Assembly (NCBI GenBank): GCA_025594325.1 | Contig: JANHCV010000012.1 | Location: forward strand, 992,001 to 1,056,000 | Origin: Blastocladiella emersonii ATCC 22665 | Lineage: Eukaryota > Fungi > Blastocladiomycota | DNA length: 64,000 nucleotides | Direction: 5' to 3' | Part shown: positions 46,346 through 59,100 of the stretch, in pieces | Layout of the letters: every line of letters begins with the position of its first letter | How positions within the stretch are numbered: position 1 is the first letter of the stretch | Notes under the pieces: generated by a model | Databases searched by the model: none | Seen by the model: only the letters and a program-made list of their open reading frames with translations | What the model was told of the DNA's origin: nothing | Made by a program: the position numbers and the translations under genes

Positions 46346-49300
46346 TGGTACGCGCCCGCGCCCTCAATCATGCCTCGCGACTCTGAGCACCCCCCCCCCC
46401 CCCCCCCCGAAATTCACGTTTAGACTGCACTGTCTGCAAAACGCGCAAGGACTCGACCGATCGAGGCAAGCTGCCTGTGATCTCGCTTGCAACAGTCAGT
46501 GACCCTGGCGACCGCCCTGCCTCAAGGTCCTGACGCGTGTCAAGGGGGTTATGATCTCGCGCATCCGCCTCGTAATCTACGTCTTCAAGCACGGGTACAG
46601 CCAAGAAAGACACGCGCAAGCAACAGTCCTTGATAATGAACATGTAACTGCTGTGAGTTACTGGAGAACAGGCATTAGTGTGAAAGCATTCCCGGAGGAG
46701 TCTTGCCGCACGCCCAAGTCCAACAGAGCTGACATCGTGTCCGTGCTGTTCCTTGGCTCAAACGTATCGCTCACGCTGTGTATAGAGAAGATGCTCACGG
46801 TTCACTGTCACGTCATACTCGCTGCTCTCCGGAAGCTCAAGCGGTGCCGGCTCTTAATGCGGCGCGGAATGGACGGCACCTTTGAAGGGAGCACGAAGCC
46901 GTGCGTGGCATCAGCTTGTGTGACTTGGTAAATACATCCAGGCGACAGGTATGATCCATTGCATGAAGTGAGGCGGGGTGATAAGTGGATGGACGTAAGG
47001 GTGAAGGGAGGTGATGTGGAAGTGCTCCGGACGCGCGGCAGAACGCGCGGCACAGCACCGATGGAAGACAGAGAAGAGCCGCCCGTGGGACGAACGGATG
47101 GACTACGCGAGGTGAGGGTGGTGGTGAGCCCACTGCGCGGAGCACGCACGACGCGACGCGTACCCGTGGATGAGGGAGATGACGGACGATCGCGGGAGCG
47201 AGCAGTCGTGCGTGTCATCGTGGTGTCGAGCGAGAAACACGTCGTCGAGGCGTCGAGGATCGTGGCCGAGCGAGAAACACGTTGGGGAGTCGAGGCGTCG
47301 AGGCGTCGAGGAACAGGAACACGTCGAGGATCGAGTCGAGGACCCGAGTACCGTAGCAGGCGGAGCAGGCGGAGCAGGCGGAGCAGGCTGTAGTGCGAGG
47401 GAGAGCGTACACGTCGTCGGGCGCGGGGGTAGGGAGGAGTTTTCGGGTCAGCACCACTCGTCGAGCTCGAAGAAGAAGAAGACACGTGCTGCAGCAGCAG
47501 CGAGGCGAGAGCGCACACGTTCCATGGCGAATGCGGCGGCGGCCTGCGACCCGCGCGACCCGACCGACGACCGAGTTGACCGACGACCGACGCGCGCGCG
47601 CGTGTGCGACCCGCGACCTGCATTTGGCTGGTCAGGTCGACGAGGAAGGAGAAGAGGTCGGTCGAGTCGAGGTCGATGTGCTGCTGCTGCTGCGTGCTGT
47701 GGTTGGTGATGGACGCGCGCCGGAGAGTCGAGAGACAAGGGCGCGGGTGGGCAGGCGGGAGCGAGCGAGTACCGGTCGTAGTCCCGTAGTCGAGGATCAT
47801 CTTGTTGGAACGGAAGCACGTCAAGGGACTCGAGGAACGGGAACACGTCGATTCGATTCGAGTCGAGTCGAGTCGAGTCGAGGAACGCGAGCACGTCGAG
47901 TCGAGGGACGCGAGGAACGGGGAGGAACACGTTGCGCTTGACCACGACCACGCGCAGCACGACAACGACACGACCACCACGAGCTTGAACTCCTCGAGCT
48001 CCTCGGTCATGGTCTTGGCCTTGGCGAGCAGCAGCTGGACGACGACGCGCGGGAACGCGGGAACGCGGGCGGGCGGGCGTCTAGAGCTTGGACTTGTTGA
48101 TCTCCTCGATCTTGCAGTCGTTGCTTACAGCCCCGATGAGCAGCAGCTGGACGCGCGACGTTGTCACCGCTTGTGCGTCTCTCGACCTTGATGCGCCCGA
48201 GTAGCTCTTGACCGCGCACCGATCGTCTTGCAGAAGCCCTTGCGTCGTGTGCTACGCGAATCTACACGGATCCGGACGCGTACCGTGAGTGCACGACCGT
48301 CACGACCCAGCCGCGCATGTACCTGCGTGTCCGTCACCGCGCCGAGCGGTGTCTGGTAGTACTGCCCGGTAGTGGACCTTGTGGATGCGAAGAGTCGGAG
48401 AGGTCGGATCGGAGGAGGATCGGGATAGCGTTGCAATATCGCGGAGAGAGAGAGCGGGAGCACGACGCGTCGGCGGTGAACAAGCTTGCCCGCGACGCGT
48501 CGCGCCACCGTCTCCCTCCGGCTGCCGCCCTCGCCGCGCCACTTGAGAGACAATTCTCATGTGCCTGATCCCCCGTGACCATGACGCCTTCTCGGGCCCA
48601 TGCCCGCGGTAGCGCGCCGAGGCACCCGGCCACGATCGAGGCGTAGCGGCAGGGACGGGGCTGGCGCGTCACACCATCAAGTTTGGCAGGACGTACCGCC
48701 AGTTCCACTCAAGATTGCCTCCCACGACACGTACTCCACGCGCGACGCTGCAATCGTCTCGTATGAAGCAATCATGTATGCGCTACTGGTCCTGCGACTG
48801 CGTGCACCGGGGTCGCCCACGTCGGCCGACCTGGACGCGACCTCGGTTCGCGCGGCAGGCGCTCGGCATCGAACCCGACCGTTCACCGCGCTCCGGAGCT
48901 GGCCGTCCGTGTGCTGGGGCACCTCGAGCAGGTCCTCCGGCTCTTTGGCCCAAGGGCATCCAAGCCCAATCCGCTTGTTGCAGGACGCGACCTCGGACAC
49001 GGAGGAAACCGCTCCCCGGCGCGCGTACAGCGGATCGGCCTCGGGACTTGACCTTGCCCGGTCCGGCGCTTCTCGACCAATCTTCCTTCTCCATGCCACA
49101 GCCGCTCGATCCATCCGCCCTTCCTCCTCCATCGTCGGCCCATCCCGTGCAACGCGTCTGCCGAAGCTTCCGACGTCGGGGTAGCGCGCACGCACGTCCA
49201 CGAGTCGACTCTCACACTTTGCTCCATGGCTTCTCGGATCGGGGACCTCAGAGGACAGAGAGAGTGGACGGACGAGCGGCGCCGCAAACCGCATCGGTCG

Positions 49301-51881
49301 CTACCGCTCGGGCCTTGGGGTGTGTTGCCCGTGCCGTTGTTCGGGGTTCGGGGGGCCGCGTTCCCACCACGCAGTCGCCCCTCGCACGCCTCCTCGCGCC
49401 GCGCGCCTCGCAATTCGCGCTTCCGCTCCCATGGGAACGCGCCGTGTTCGCGCACACGGCCCGCCTGCCGTTGCCGGCCCACGCGATGCGCCACATCGCG
49501 GCGGCTTGCAAACGAGCCGTCCCCGTTGGCTGGCCCGGCCGCCGGCCTCGACGTGATCGCGCGTCCCGGTCGTCTCCACCACCCTCGCTTGCGGACCTTG
49601 ACCGTCAACGGGTCTTGCTCGACTTGGTGAAGCTCCCTCACGGGCCTCGCCGGACTCTCGTCGGGACCTGCTTGATAGTGCTCTTGACGACCAAGCCGGT
49701 CGCCCTTCGAGCTCCGCCGCGAGCCTCGCCTCAAGCTCGGGACCGGCTCGATCACCACGATCTTGGTCAACTGAGGACGCGTAGGGCAGCCCGGGGCTCA
49801 TGTTGATGCACGCCCGTCCTTTCAGCAAGGCCAATCGCATGGCTTCGCCACGGTGGTGACGTCGCGAAGCCCGCGACGCCCCCTGCAGCGTTCGCGAGTG
49901 CCGATCCCGTTCACGACCGGCCTTGTTCAACGAGCGGCTGCTCTCCAACACACACGAGCGAGTGCATCACGGCGCTGACGGGGCGCTCTGTGGTCCGGGG
50001 CGCGGGGTTGGTTGCACGAGCGCGAGTTCCTCCAGCGCGCCCTCCCCTCGGCGACTCTCGCGCTCTCTCTCTCGCTAGCTCTGACTGGGACGCTAGCTCT
50101 GATTGGGACCTCCAGCCGCTGCAATCTACCCATGAAGCTTATGCAATATGAATACCACCCTATGAACACGGCGCTCGAGCTGCCGCTCCGCTGCGTCGTC
50201 GCACCTCGCGCATGACCGCTCTGCTGCGACGGACGCTCGCCGTCGACGACGCCGGCTGCTCCCAGGCGTTGGCCGCAACCTGTTGCTACGAGCCTCGTGC
50301 CTCACCTGCAGATGCTCCTCGTCTGGTACATCGATCTACGCTTCACGGGCGCCCTGCGTTCGATCCGTCAGCTGCTCTCGCCGCTCTCGTCTGTACCCCT
50401 CCCTCTTCGCGCCGCCCTTGATTGCTCGCGGCGCAACTTGGTCCGATCTCCTTGTCGCCGCGATCCAACTTTCCGTGGGCACCTTCCCGCTGCACCGCTC
50501 GCTCGCCGGGTTTCGCTGCCGCGTCTCCTCTCCTGTACGCACGCCGGCGACCTCGAGGCCACGTTTGCGTCGTTGTTTATGCTGCTCCCGGACTCGCGGA
50601 TGCGCGCGCACGCGGCCGCGCCAAGGTCACGGCCTGGTTGCGCTTCCAACTCACTTGGGTCCGATGGGCGCATTTGAACGTAACTGCGAGCGCGCTGCTG
50701 TTGAGCGCACAGCTAGGTGCTAGTAGCGGTGTTTGCGCCCAGAATTGCGTGTGCCTCACTCGCTCGACGCGCCACTCGAACTTCTCACACGTCTTCAACC
50801 GAAGCCCGTGAGGTTCAGAAACCAACGGTCTGCTCGTGACGTGAAGCGGACCGCTAAGCTTCTCCAATCTTTTGGCGTGTTACGTACGACGAGGGGGAAG
50901 CGCTTGGTGACCGAGCCAACTGCGTCACGCGTGTGGGCTCTCTTTGACGTCCTCTAAGAGTTCACGGATTGGGAATTCTCGCTGATTCTTCTGGCCGGTA
51001 CTTGACCCGCCCGCCGCGCACTTCGCGAACACGACAGCTGCGATGCGCTCGCTGAGACGGACGACGGATCTGGCACGAGGCTCCGTCTTCGTCTCCGCGC
51101 GAGCACCCGTCTGCCGCCGCTCACACCCCGCTGGTCGAGTACGACGTGCTGCGACACCTGATCCGCTTCGTGGATGCGCGGGCGGGCGGGCTTGACATAT
51201 CGTGTGTCTTTGAGCCGCTGTTGGACGAGTCGGCCTCGCGCCCAGTGAACCTCGCCGCCGTCTTGCCCTGCTCGTCACTTAAGGGCGTGACGATTCGCCG
51301 CATAATAGTCGAGGGCGAGCACTGGCCACTCGCGCCAGCTGATGCGAATCTTCCCATCGCAGTTGTCCAGCAACTGACAGGGCATGTCCATGAAATCCAG
51401 ACTGCGAGAGCGAGCGATCGAATGTGGTTCGCGTGGTCGAGCCGCAGCGGCACGTCGAGTAGCCGTCCGAAGAGCGGAGCGGCCAACGGGGCCTTCGCGT
51501 GCCAGTCAGTCACACTTGGTCCGCCTCTGAGCGGGCGTGCTGTTGCCACCACGTTGCGATAGAGGGAACGCAGCGAGAAGCACTTGTGGCGTTGTTTGGC
51601 ATACTCGCTCGAAGCACATCAAGGTTAGTCTGCCGCGCGAACGATGGCAGCAACCCACCACGGATGTGCTGGATCTACTGCAGGCTGCCCACGGGCATCG
51701 TCCCGCTCGCTGAAGTTTGCCAACGCGAAGGTCATACATCGCCCGCATCCTTCCGTGTTGACCTTTGCTCTTCGTGCGCTCCTCAAATTCGCCGAATCGG
51801 CTGAGAATGGTGCTTCTACGCGAACGGCGGGGGTTCAATGTGGCCCGTCGCTTCACTTGCCGCAGATCATTAAGTTGATGC
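46303..51881 (-). repeat. Right inner arm of the large inverted repeat (5,579 bp)
   Basis: Reverse complement of 39037-44609. The spacer is 44610-46302 (1,693 bp). Confidence 0.95.
50132..51872 (+). pseudogene. Decayed distant paralog of the F-box-like/CxxC gene (right inner copy)
   Basis: Start MKLMQYEYHPMNTALELPL (tentative), several frame breaks, CxxC-rich end with TGA at 51802-51804 replacing a Cys. Confidence 0.55.
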
Positions 51882-52423
51882 GACTACATGTGCGCGCCGA
51901 GTACTGCCCAGGATAAACGCGTAGTTTTTCTCGCTCGGGCAGGCGCCGCGACTCGAGGCTGATCGGCGAGCCTCAGCGTATTTCGATTGTCTCAATACAG
52001 AGTGACTGATGAGAATCTGATCGCGGCGGATCTCTCTCCTCTGAACTTGGACACGCTCGCGTCTTGTCATCCACGCTGCAAGGGGGTGGAATAGCCTGTG
52101 GACGGGTTGTGTCACGTTGTGATGAAACGTGCGAGCTCGACATCATTTCTATTAATGACAGTTGCGCCGCGACTTGGGATGCATAGCTGGAGGTCGGGCT
52201 AGGCGAGATGAAAAGCGCGCTGACCATGCGCGCGTGAGTGGCGCAACGCGTCGATCGAATCAGGGAACGAAAAAACTTTGCCCAGCACTTGCGATTGTGA
52301 ATCAGCTGTGTGTATTGGGGTAGTGGAACAAGAGAGGTACATCACGACATTAATCAAGCTGTACAGAACGAGTCGGTTTCGACCTGAAGCCTCAGCGACT
52401 ACCGCGCCCGGCACCTCGTTGAG

Positions 52424-53554
52424 CTATTCTTGAGCAGCATTGACCTCGCCGGGGGTCAACTCAATATCAGCGGGAGCATCGAGTGGGGGGAGCCACACCG
52501 GATCGCCGCCGTTTGCGTAAAAGCACCAGTCGCAGCCGATCCGCCGAATCCGCGGCGCGCAAGCGGGGCAAAGGTCAACTTCAAACGACTCGGGCGAGCA
52601 GTGTCCTTCGCTTGGGCAAACCTCGGCGAGCGGCAAACAGTCCGTGGTGAGCTTGCGGCAGACCCAACACGTCTCATGTTCCGGTTGAGGCGGGTTGTCA
52701 TCATCACCGACGGATTGATCTTGATGAGAGTCGGGCGAGCAGGCCGGACAAAACCAGGTGGGTCTATCACCAAGGACGGCCCGCTGGTTGGAAGCGGAAC
52801 ACACGGTGACCAACTGCTTCGAGAGCCCAGGGCCAAGCGGCCAGGCAAAATCGGTTCCACTCGCGTAATCAGGAGCTCGGTGAATGATGCGAATGTCTAG
52901 ACCAGCAGATGTGGCGAAAGTAGCTCGATTCGCAAGATGGAAGACGAGAAAACCGATCAGACTCGCATGTTCAAGAAGTGAGCAGTCAAGCGAGACAGGG
53001 ATTGGTTTGATTATCGCATAGACCATAGCCGCAGCATGTTGGTAAACCTGAAGTGCTTGGCTGACCTCCGGCTTCCGGCTTTGAGCAGGGTGCGCCAGCA
53101 GCGTGAGATGGACTTGAATCGGCGGGTAAGACTGGTCTGGCGGTCCGAGTTTGTACAGCCCGACCATGCATGCAAGAACAATGAGAAGACTCCGGGGCAG
53201 TCGTGTCACACGCTTTGGCGCCGGTGTAGGCGGCTCGTAGGGCGGCGATATGACAAGATGGATGTGCGGCGAGTATACAGCCGGGTCGGTTTTGATCAAG
53301 TTGAGCAACGACGTGTGGCAGTAAGCCAACGATACGAAGGTTCGCGTCCCGGAGTACTCAAGGACAGCGTGAAGAATCGCCGCAAGAACGATTTGCGGAA
53401 GGTCCAAGAGCTGAAGCGAGCGCTCGTGGATCGGGGCGGTCGTGAGCGCCGATGGCGGCGGCGGCGGTGCCGCTGGCTCATCGTCCAGTCTGAGCTGCTC
53501 GATTGGGACGGGTTGCATCAAGTCGTGTGAGTCAGTTTCCATGATTGAATCCAT
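52424..53554 (-). CDS. F-box-like plus CxxC-rich protein, right outer palindrome copy (intact, 376 aa)
   Basis: LQLLDLPQIVLAAILHAV, then CPAC, CWVC, CPAC and CDWC. The frame is open. Confidence 0.72.
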   Translation of the reverse strand: MDSIMETDSHDLMQPVPIEQLRLDDEPAAPPPPPSALTTAPIHERSLQLLDLPQIVLAAILHAVLEYSGTRTFVSLAYCHTSLLNLIKTDPAVYSPHIHLVISPPYEPPTPAPKRVTRLPRSLLIVLACMVGLYKLGPPDQSYPPIQVHLTLLAHPAQSRKPEVSQALQVYQHAAAMVYAIIKPIPVSLDCSLLEHASLIGFLVFHLANRATFATSAGLDIRIIHRAPDYASGTDFAWPLGPGLSKQLVTVCSASNQRAVLGDRPTWFCPACSPDSHQDQSVGDDDNPPQPEHETCWVCRKLTTDCLPLAEVCPSEGHCSPESFEVDLCPACAPRIRRIGCDWCFYANGGDPVWLPPLDAPADIELTPGEVNAAQE

Positions 53555-54707
53555 GAGCTTCGTCTGTGCGCAGTGGGAACACGTTGCGACCGTCTCAGCA
53601 GTTTTTGCCGCGCGGCTGCAGCCATCACGCTGTGGCGCAACGCGCTTCGCCTCACTCGTCGAGACGCACTTGATGGGCCATGTTGGCGACCATCGAATTC
53701 TCGTGAAATCAACTGCCCGACTTGACTGCGCGGGGGAAGTCAGCATTCCCGCTCCACCAGCGTCCAGCCTGCTTCACCTCACTGATTACAACTTCGAACG
53801 AACGGCCAACTCGCATAGCCATTCGAAATCTCCGCCATCAGTCGCAATCAAGGTCCTGATGGCACGCAAGCGACTCGTCGAACTCGCCCAGCTCGCTGCT
53901 TTATCCGCGAGTGTGGCGAAGACGTCTTTCTTGGGGCAGCGGCAGTTCGCGGGCACGATGTGCGCTCAAACCGCTGAATCTCACCATTCATTCACATCAC
54001 GCCAACTCAAGGTTTCCTCTCCTGTGCGGCCGGAACGATCCCTCTGCAAATTCGACGAGACGAGCTTATCCAACGTGGATACGGCGAGACCTCTAGTCCT
54101 GATCTCGACGTTTGCGCGAGGACCGTCACGGGGTGCGGTCACCCGCCCATAACGCACGGCGAAAAGGACGACAGAACGTGACGGCTACGTCAAGCAGGCT
54201 GGACGCGCAGGGGATCGGCCAAAGTAGCAACACAGGCTCTCGCGAGCTCAGAGTTCGAGAAAATGTCCTCCACCTTAGTGGTCCGACCGCCGTGAAGCTC
54301 GATCTTCGGGCTGAGGGCGGGCAGACCTGAGGGCAGGGTGTCGTTATGCAAGACACTTCCCACGAGCGAAATCCGATTATCCCAGTAAATGGGAAACATC
54401 AAGCCCCGTTGGATAGATTTAGAGTGTCCCGCGCTTGGTCAGGCTGTGGGTGAGGGACTCAGCTGAAGCTTTATGCTTTCGGTAGCGCGCGGCGGCGGGG
54501 CGCGAGCGGGCGGGCGGTGGCCGCGGTGTGGCGGAGCGGTGCGTCGAGGTCAGGTGACGGCGTGCTGCCCCGTTGCCGCCGATTTGCGCCACACGGTCCC
54601 ACGCGCGCTTCACACGCGCTCCCTCTCCTCTCCCCTCCCCTGCTTCCCGGACACGAATCAATCCATGCATCAGACCACGTAACGCTAACCGCAAAAATAC
54701 AACAACC

Positions 54708-55882
54708 ATGTCCGGTCTCGGCTCCGAGCTCGGGTCGCTGGGCCAGCTGCTGCTGTGGTTCGTGGTGCCCAACTTCGTGACGTCGCGGGTGCTGGCGTGG
54801 TACCACTCGCGGCTCGCCGCGCCGCCCGCCGAGGGCACCCCGCAGTACGCCAAGCACCGCAACCGCGCCTACGCGCTCGTCATCCTCGCCTACCTCGCCT
54901 ACTCGGTCCACGGCGCCGTCTCCGAGCTGCCGCCCAACGCCTACGCCGTGCTGGGCGTCACGCCGCAGTCGGGCCCCGCCGCCGTGCGCTCGCAGTTCCG
55001 CGCCCTGTCGCTCGTCTACCACCCCGACAAGAACACGGCGCTCGACCCGGACACGGCTGCCCGCGCCTTCATGCGCATCCAGGACGCGCGCGCCGCGATC
55101 GGCGGCGGGCCCGAGCTCCGCCGCATCCACGACCTGCTCGGCCCCGACATGGCCCGCGCGTGTGCGGGCGGCGAGGGAGCCGCCGGGATCAAGCGCGAGT
55201 GCGAGCAGTACGCGGGCGTCGTCGGCGCGTACCTCGCGCGACACCTCGCGCCGACGTACATTGGATACGCTGGGATTATTGGGTTTCTCACCCTGTTCCG
55301 CGCTGTCTCGGCCGGGACCTACTGGTACTACTGATCTTCGTGCGGCGACCGAAGGGGGTCACGGTGCACTGACGCGACATTCACCGTAGGCGCTTCACGA
55401 CGATCCTCGCCATGTTCACCGCCGAAATCGCCGTCGCATCCGGCCGGACACCCGTCGCGCTCGCGTCGCTCCTCGAATCCATCTCGTGGACCCCGCACGA
55501 CCTCGTCCTGCTCGCGCGCGCCCTGTTCCCGATCGTGCTGCTCGCGCTCAACCAGCTCGCCCCCGTGTTCGCCGCACCCGATGAGGCCGACGCCGACGCA
55601 CAGCTCGCGGGCGCCGTGGCCGCCGCGCGCCAGCTCGCGGGCATCACCCACGCGCAGCTGCAGAACGGCCTGCGCCGTCTCATGGAGCCCCTGAGCTCGG
55701 CGGCTGGTAAGGACGCGCGGAACGTCATCCCGCAGGTCGTGCGCCGCATGGAGCTCGAGGCCATCGAGCAGTTTGCGGCGCAGGACCCGGAGTACCGCGC
55801 CGTGTGTGAGCGCGTCCGCGCGGATAAGGCGGGCGTGGCGGCGGTGGTGGGAACGGAGAAAGCGGCGTCGCGGCAGAGGTGA
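54708..55882 (+). CDS. Membrane-associated J-domain (DnaJ/Hsp40-family) protein
   Basis: Contains NAYAVLGV...FRALSLVYHPDKN (HPD motif) with flanking TM segments. Intron 55325-55389 joins the two ORFs in frame. Confidence 0.85.
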
Positions 55883-56113
55883 GCGGCGGCGGGCTGTAAA
55901 TGACGAACGAATACATCACGGTCAGCTTCGAGAACCTAAAAGCACTGGTTCATGCTTTGCGCCACATCCCATGATTGTTTGTCGCGTCTCGCAGTGTCTC
56001 GCCCCAGTCGCGTTCCAGTTCGCGCGAGACATCTGGACCTCTTGCATGGTATCAGATCATACGAACAGAACATATCAATTAAATTACACAGCTCTCCGAG
56101 CTTGGTCGAGCAT

Positions 56114-59100
56114 TCAAGACCCAAACGATCGTGGCGGCGAACACATGTAGCAGGTCTGCTTCCAGGAGCCCGTGACGGGGAACAGCGGGAGCAGCTCCGC
56201 GTGCAGAACATTGTCGCCCGCGGATGCAAGCAGCGCGGCCGGCTCGTCGCCAGGGGTGGGACGAGCGGAAAACTTGAGGTACTCCGCAAAGATGCTGGTC
56301 ACTGAGCTATCCATGACGCTCGCGTGGATTGCGAGTTCTGGAGCCTCCAACTTCATAGAAGCAATCACCTCGACCACGTCGGATTTCCCATAAGTAGCCA
56401 AGGGCGACACCACGCTGCATCGGAACGCAGGCGTCGGCTCCTGCTCGTTGTACTCTGGCGCCACGAGGTAGGCCTCGCCCGTCACCAGCACCATGACCGG
56501 GTCCTTGGGGCTGTGAGAGCTGGTATAAACAAGCACACGGTGCCCGAGAGCGTGGTTCAGGAAGAGAAGGCACAATGCCATCGAAAGCTTGTGCGCCATG
56601 CCCGGGGTCATGGCAAAGTCGATGTTGGCAGATCGGCAGCAACAATCAGGGACCGAAATGTTTTCGTTCTGGCATCCGTAGCGCGTCAGAAGGGTCATGG
56701 CGGTCAAGATGGACCGCTGACCGCGCCAGAGTGGTGCGGCCGGCCAAAAGTGAGAGCGCGGAAGAATGGGCTTGTTGAACACAAACCAGTCGACAAGCGA
56801 TGGAAGCTTGGTGAGATGGACCGTCGCGGTAAGCTTTTCGTCGTCCCTCTCCACGCGCTTCGGGTACGCGAGAAACGGAAGCATCAGCATCCGCCTAGAG
56901 TTGTTGACGCGAAGCACAATGGACCCACCGATATTGTTATGGCGGAAGAGATCTCGACTAATATCGTACTCGACGGTTGGAGGATCTGGGCCGGACACAT
57001 CAAGGACAAGCACGGCACTCGACGCGTGCTCGACCAGGCTCAGCACGGGGACCAACAACGGGCTCTGAAAACGCCGTCGTTCATGCGCCAAAGCGAGAAT
57101 CCCGTCAATCGCACCGCGCTGCGAAAAGACGGGGACGGGCGTCGGATTCATGCGCGAAACGGGCAAGATATGAGACTTCGTGGCCAAGTATTGCGCGAAC
57201 GAGGCACTGTTGGGCTGTTGCTCATTGTCGAAATCAAAGTCCGGGATCACGGCACCCTGAAGATCGACGCGGTGCGGTGCGTGCGGTCGTTTAATGAAGT
57301 TCCATGGCGCGTACGCGGTCGCCGCGACCAAAGTCCCGTTTGCTGGACGCCCAACGTGCAACGAGTCAAAGCGAACTGCACGAACCTCGTCTGCGATCGC
57401 GAGCACGGCCCCGCCCCGAGGAAACCATTCCAAGAATCAGGAATCGCACTCGAGGCGGCACACGGAGGACGGGTCAGCAAGCTCGTGCTCGATCGGGAAG
57501 CCGTAAAGCTGCGCCTGGGCGATGAGCTCGGGAAGCCGCGTCTTGGAGACAGAAGATTCGATGTCACGCCAGAGGTCGGGCATCGCCGGCCACGGGAGCG
57601 AGGTGTACGCTGCAGAACTTGACCACGTCAAGCGACCGGCCGCGAAAGCAAAGGCAAGGAGCTTCGGGAAGAAGGCGGCAGTAGTAAAGACGCAAGCTAC
57701 ATGCGAAAGTGTAAAGGGGTCAGTTAACTGGTCCACGCCAGCGAATCATGGGATGGCGTACCAGGTTGCTGGACCATGGCGCTGCGCTCGAGAAGCAGCG
57801 CCTTGACGCATAATTTGAGGCTGTCGAGCACGTAAGGCGAAGCAGAGAGCTGAACCGGTGCACCCGGCGCCTCCAGCTTGTAGAAAGTGTAAGTGAAGTG
57901 CCGGTTGAATAAACCAGACCGGTCTTGGGCTCCCGGATCGTCAAGCAGGTGCTGATGCGTTAGCGACCACATGAACGGTTGAACCCAGTTTGTCCAGTGC
58001 TGGTCGTTGAGAAACTCGACGAGGCCCACGCCAAATAACGTCGGAAACAGGTCCAGAGGAAGCGCGGTCGCGAAGTGCAAGTAGTCTTGGTGGTTGCGGG
58101 TGTGTTCGGTCTGGCAAGCGGTGAAGAGTAGCGAGCGATTACGGTACGTGCGATCATTGAGCAGCGGGGACCCGTTGATCAACGTGTTGAGCAAGCCGTG
58201 GTCGTTGACGAGCGCGGTCGCATCGATGGCATCAAATCGACAGTCCACGTCGGCGATCAGCTCCTCGAGGTACTCCATGGCGTTGCGGCACCCGAACGTA
58301 ATGGTGGACAGGACAGTGCCAGGCGGCAAACCAAAAGTGAAGCTAGGCGAATTTGGCCGAGCGCACAAACAGCGGCGAATCGCGCCAAGCCAGTCCTGGA
58401 TCTCGATTAGCATGCTCGAGTCGCGCGTCGCGCCATCAAAGTCGACCGAGAAGGCGCGAAAAGGACGCAAATCGGGGGCGACCATGTATGTGACGGACTC
58501 ATCGTGACGCACGTGGAGCATGGTCGGGTTCACGCACCGCTCATCGTCCTCGAGCAATGAACTCGACGCAAGAAAGCAAACCTTGGTTTGGGCAAGCCGG
58601 CCCGCGGCGCACGTCAGCCGCGCGAGTGAGGTCCGTGGCATCCCGTCGCCGTACCGGTTGTGAAGCTCGTGGATGCGCGCGTACTCGGCACGATTGTCGT
58701 GCCCGTCCAGATCCACGACGGAATAGTCGGGCGTCGCCTTGGCGCGATGCTCGTCAAGCTCGGCCGTCGTCCAGTCAACGGCAAGCCACGCGCGCCAGCA
58801 CCGCTGGACCTGCTCAAGTGTGCTCTCGTCGCGGACACGCACGGTAGCAGTCGCACCGAACCAGTCGTGTTCGAGGCATGAGAGCATAACCGTGTCCCAG
58901 AACGACGCGACGCGCGGGTCGAGTTCCTGCGAGTAGGTGAGCTGCGCGACGTAAGTCGCAAGCTTGGTCTCGGCTAGGTCGCCGCCGCGGGTCCGGAGCG
59001 CATGCAAGGTCATGAGACAGCGGGCAATGACCTCGGGCTGCGAGTCGTGGAAGTGGAAATCGATGCGCTGCGTGGTGCCGCTCTGCTCAGCGCAACGTAG

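Noticed and set aside
39037-51881. Inner arms as terminal inverted repeats of a DNA transposon or Polinton
   Set aside because: No target-site duplication and no transposase, integrase or polymerase were found. Homology continues in register past the apparent termini.
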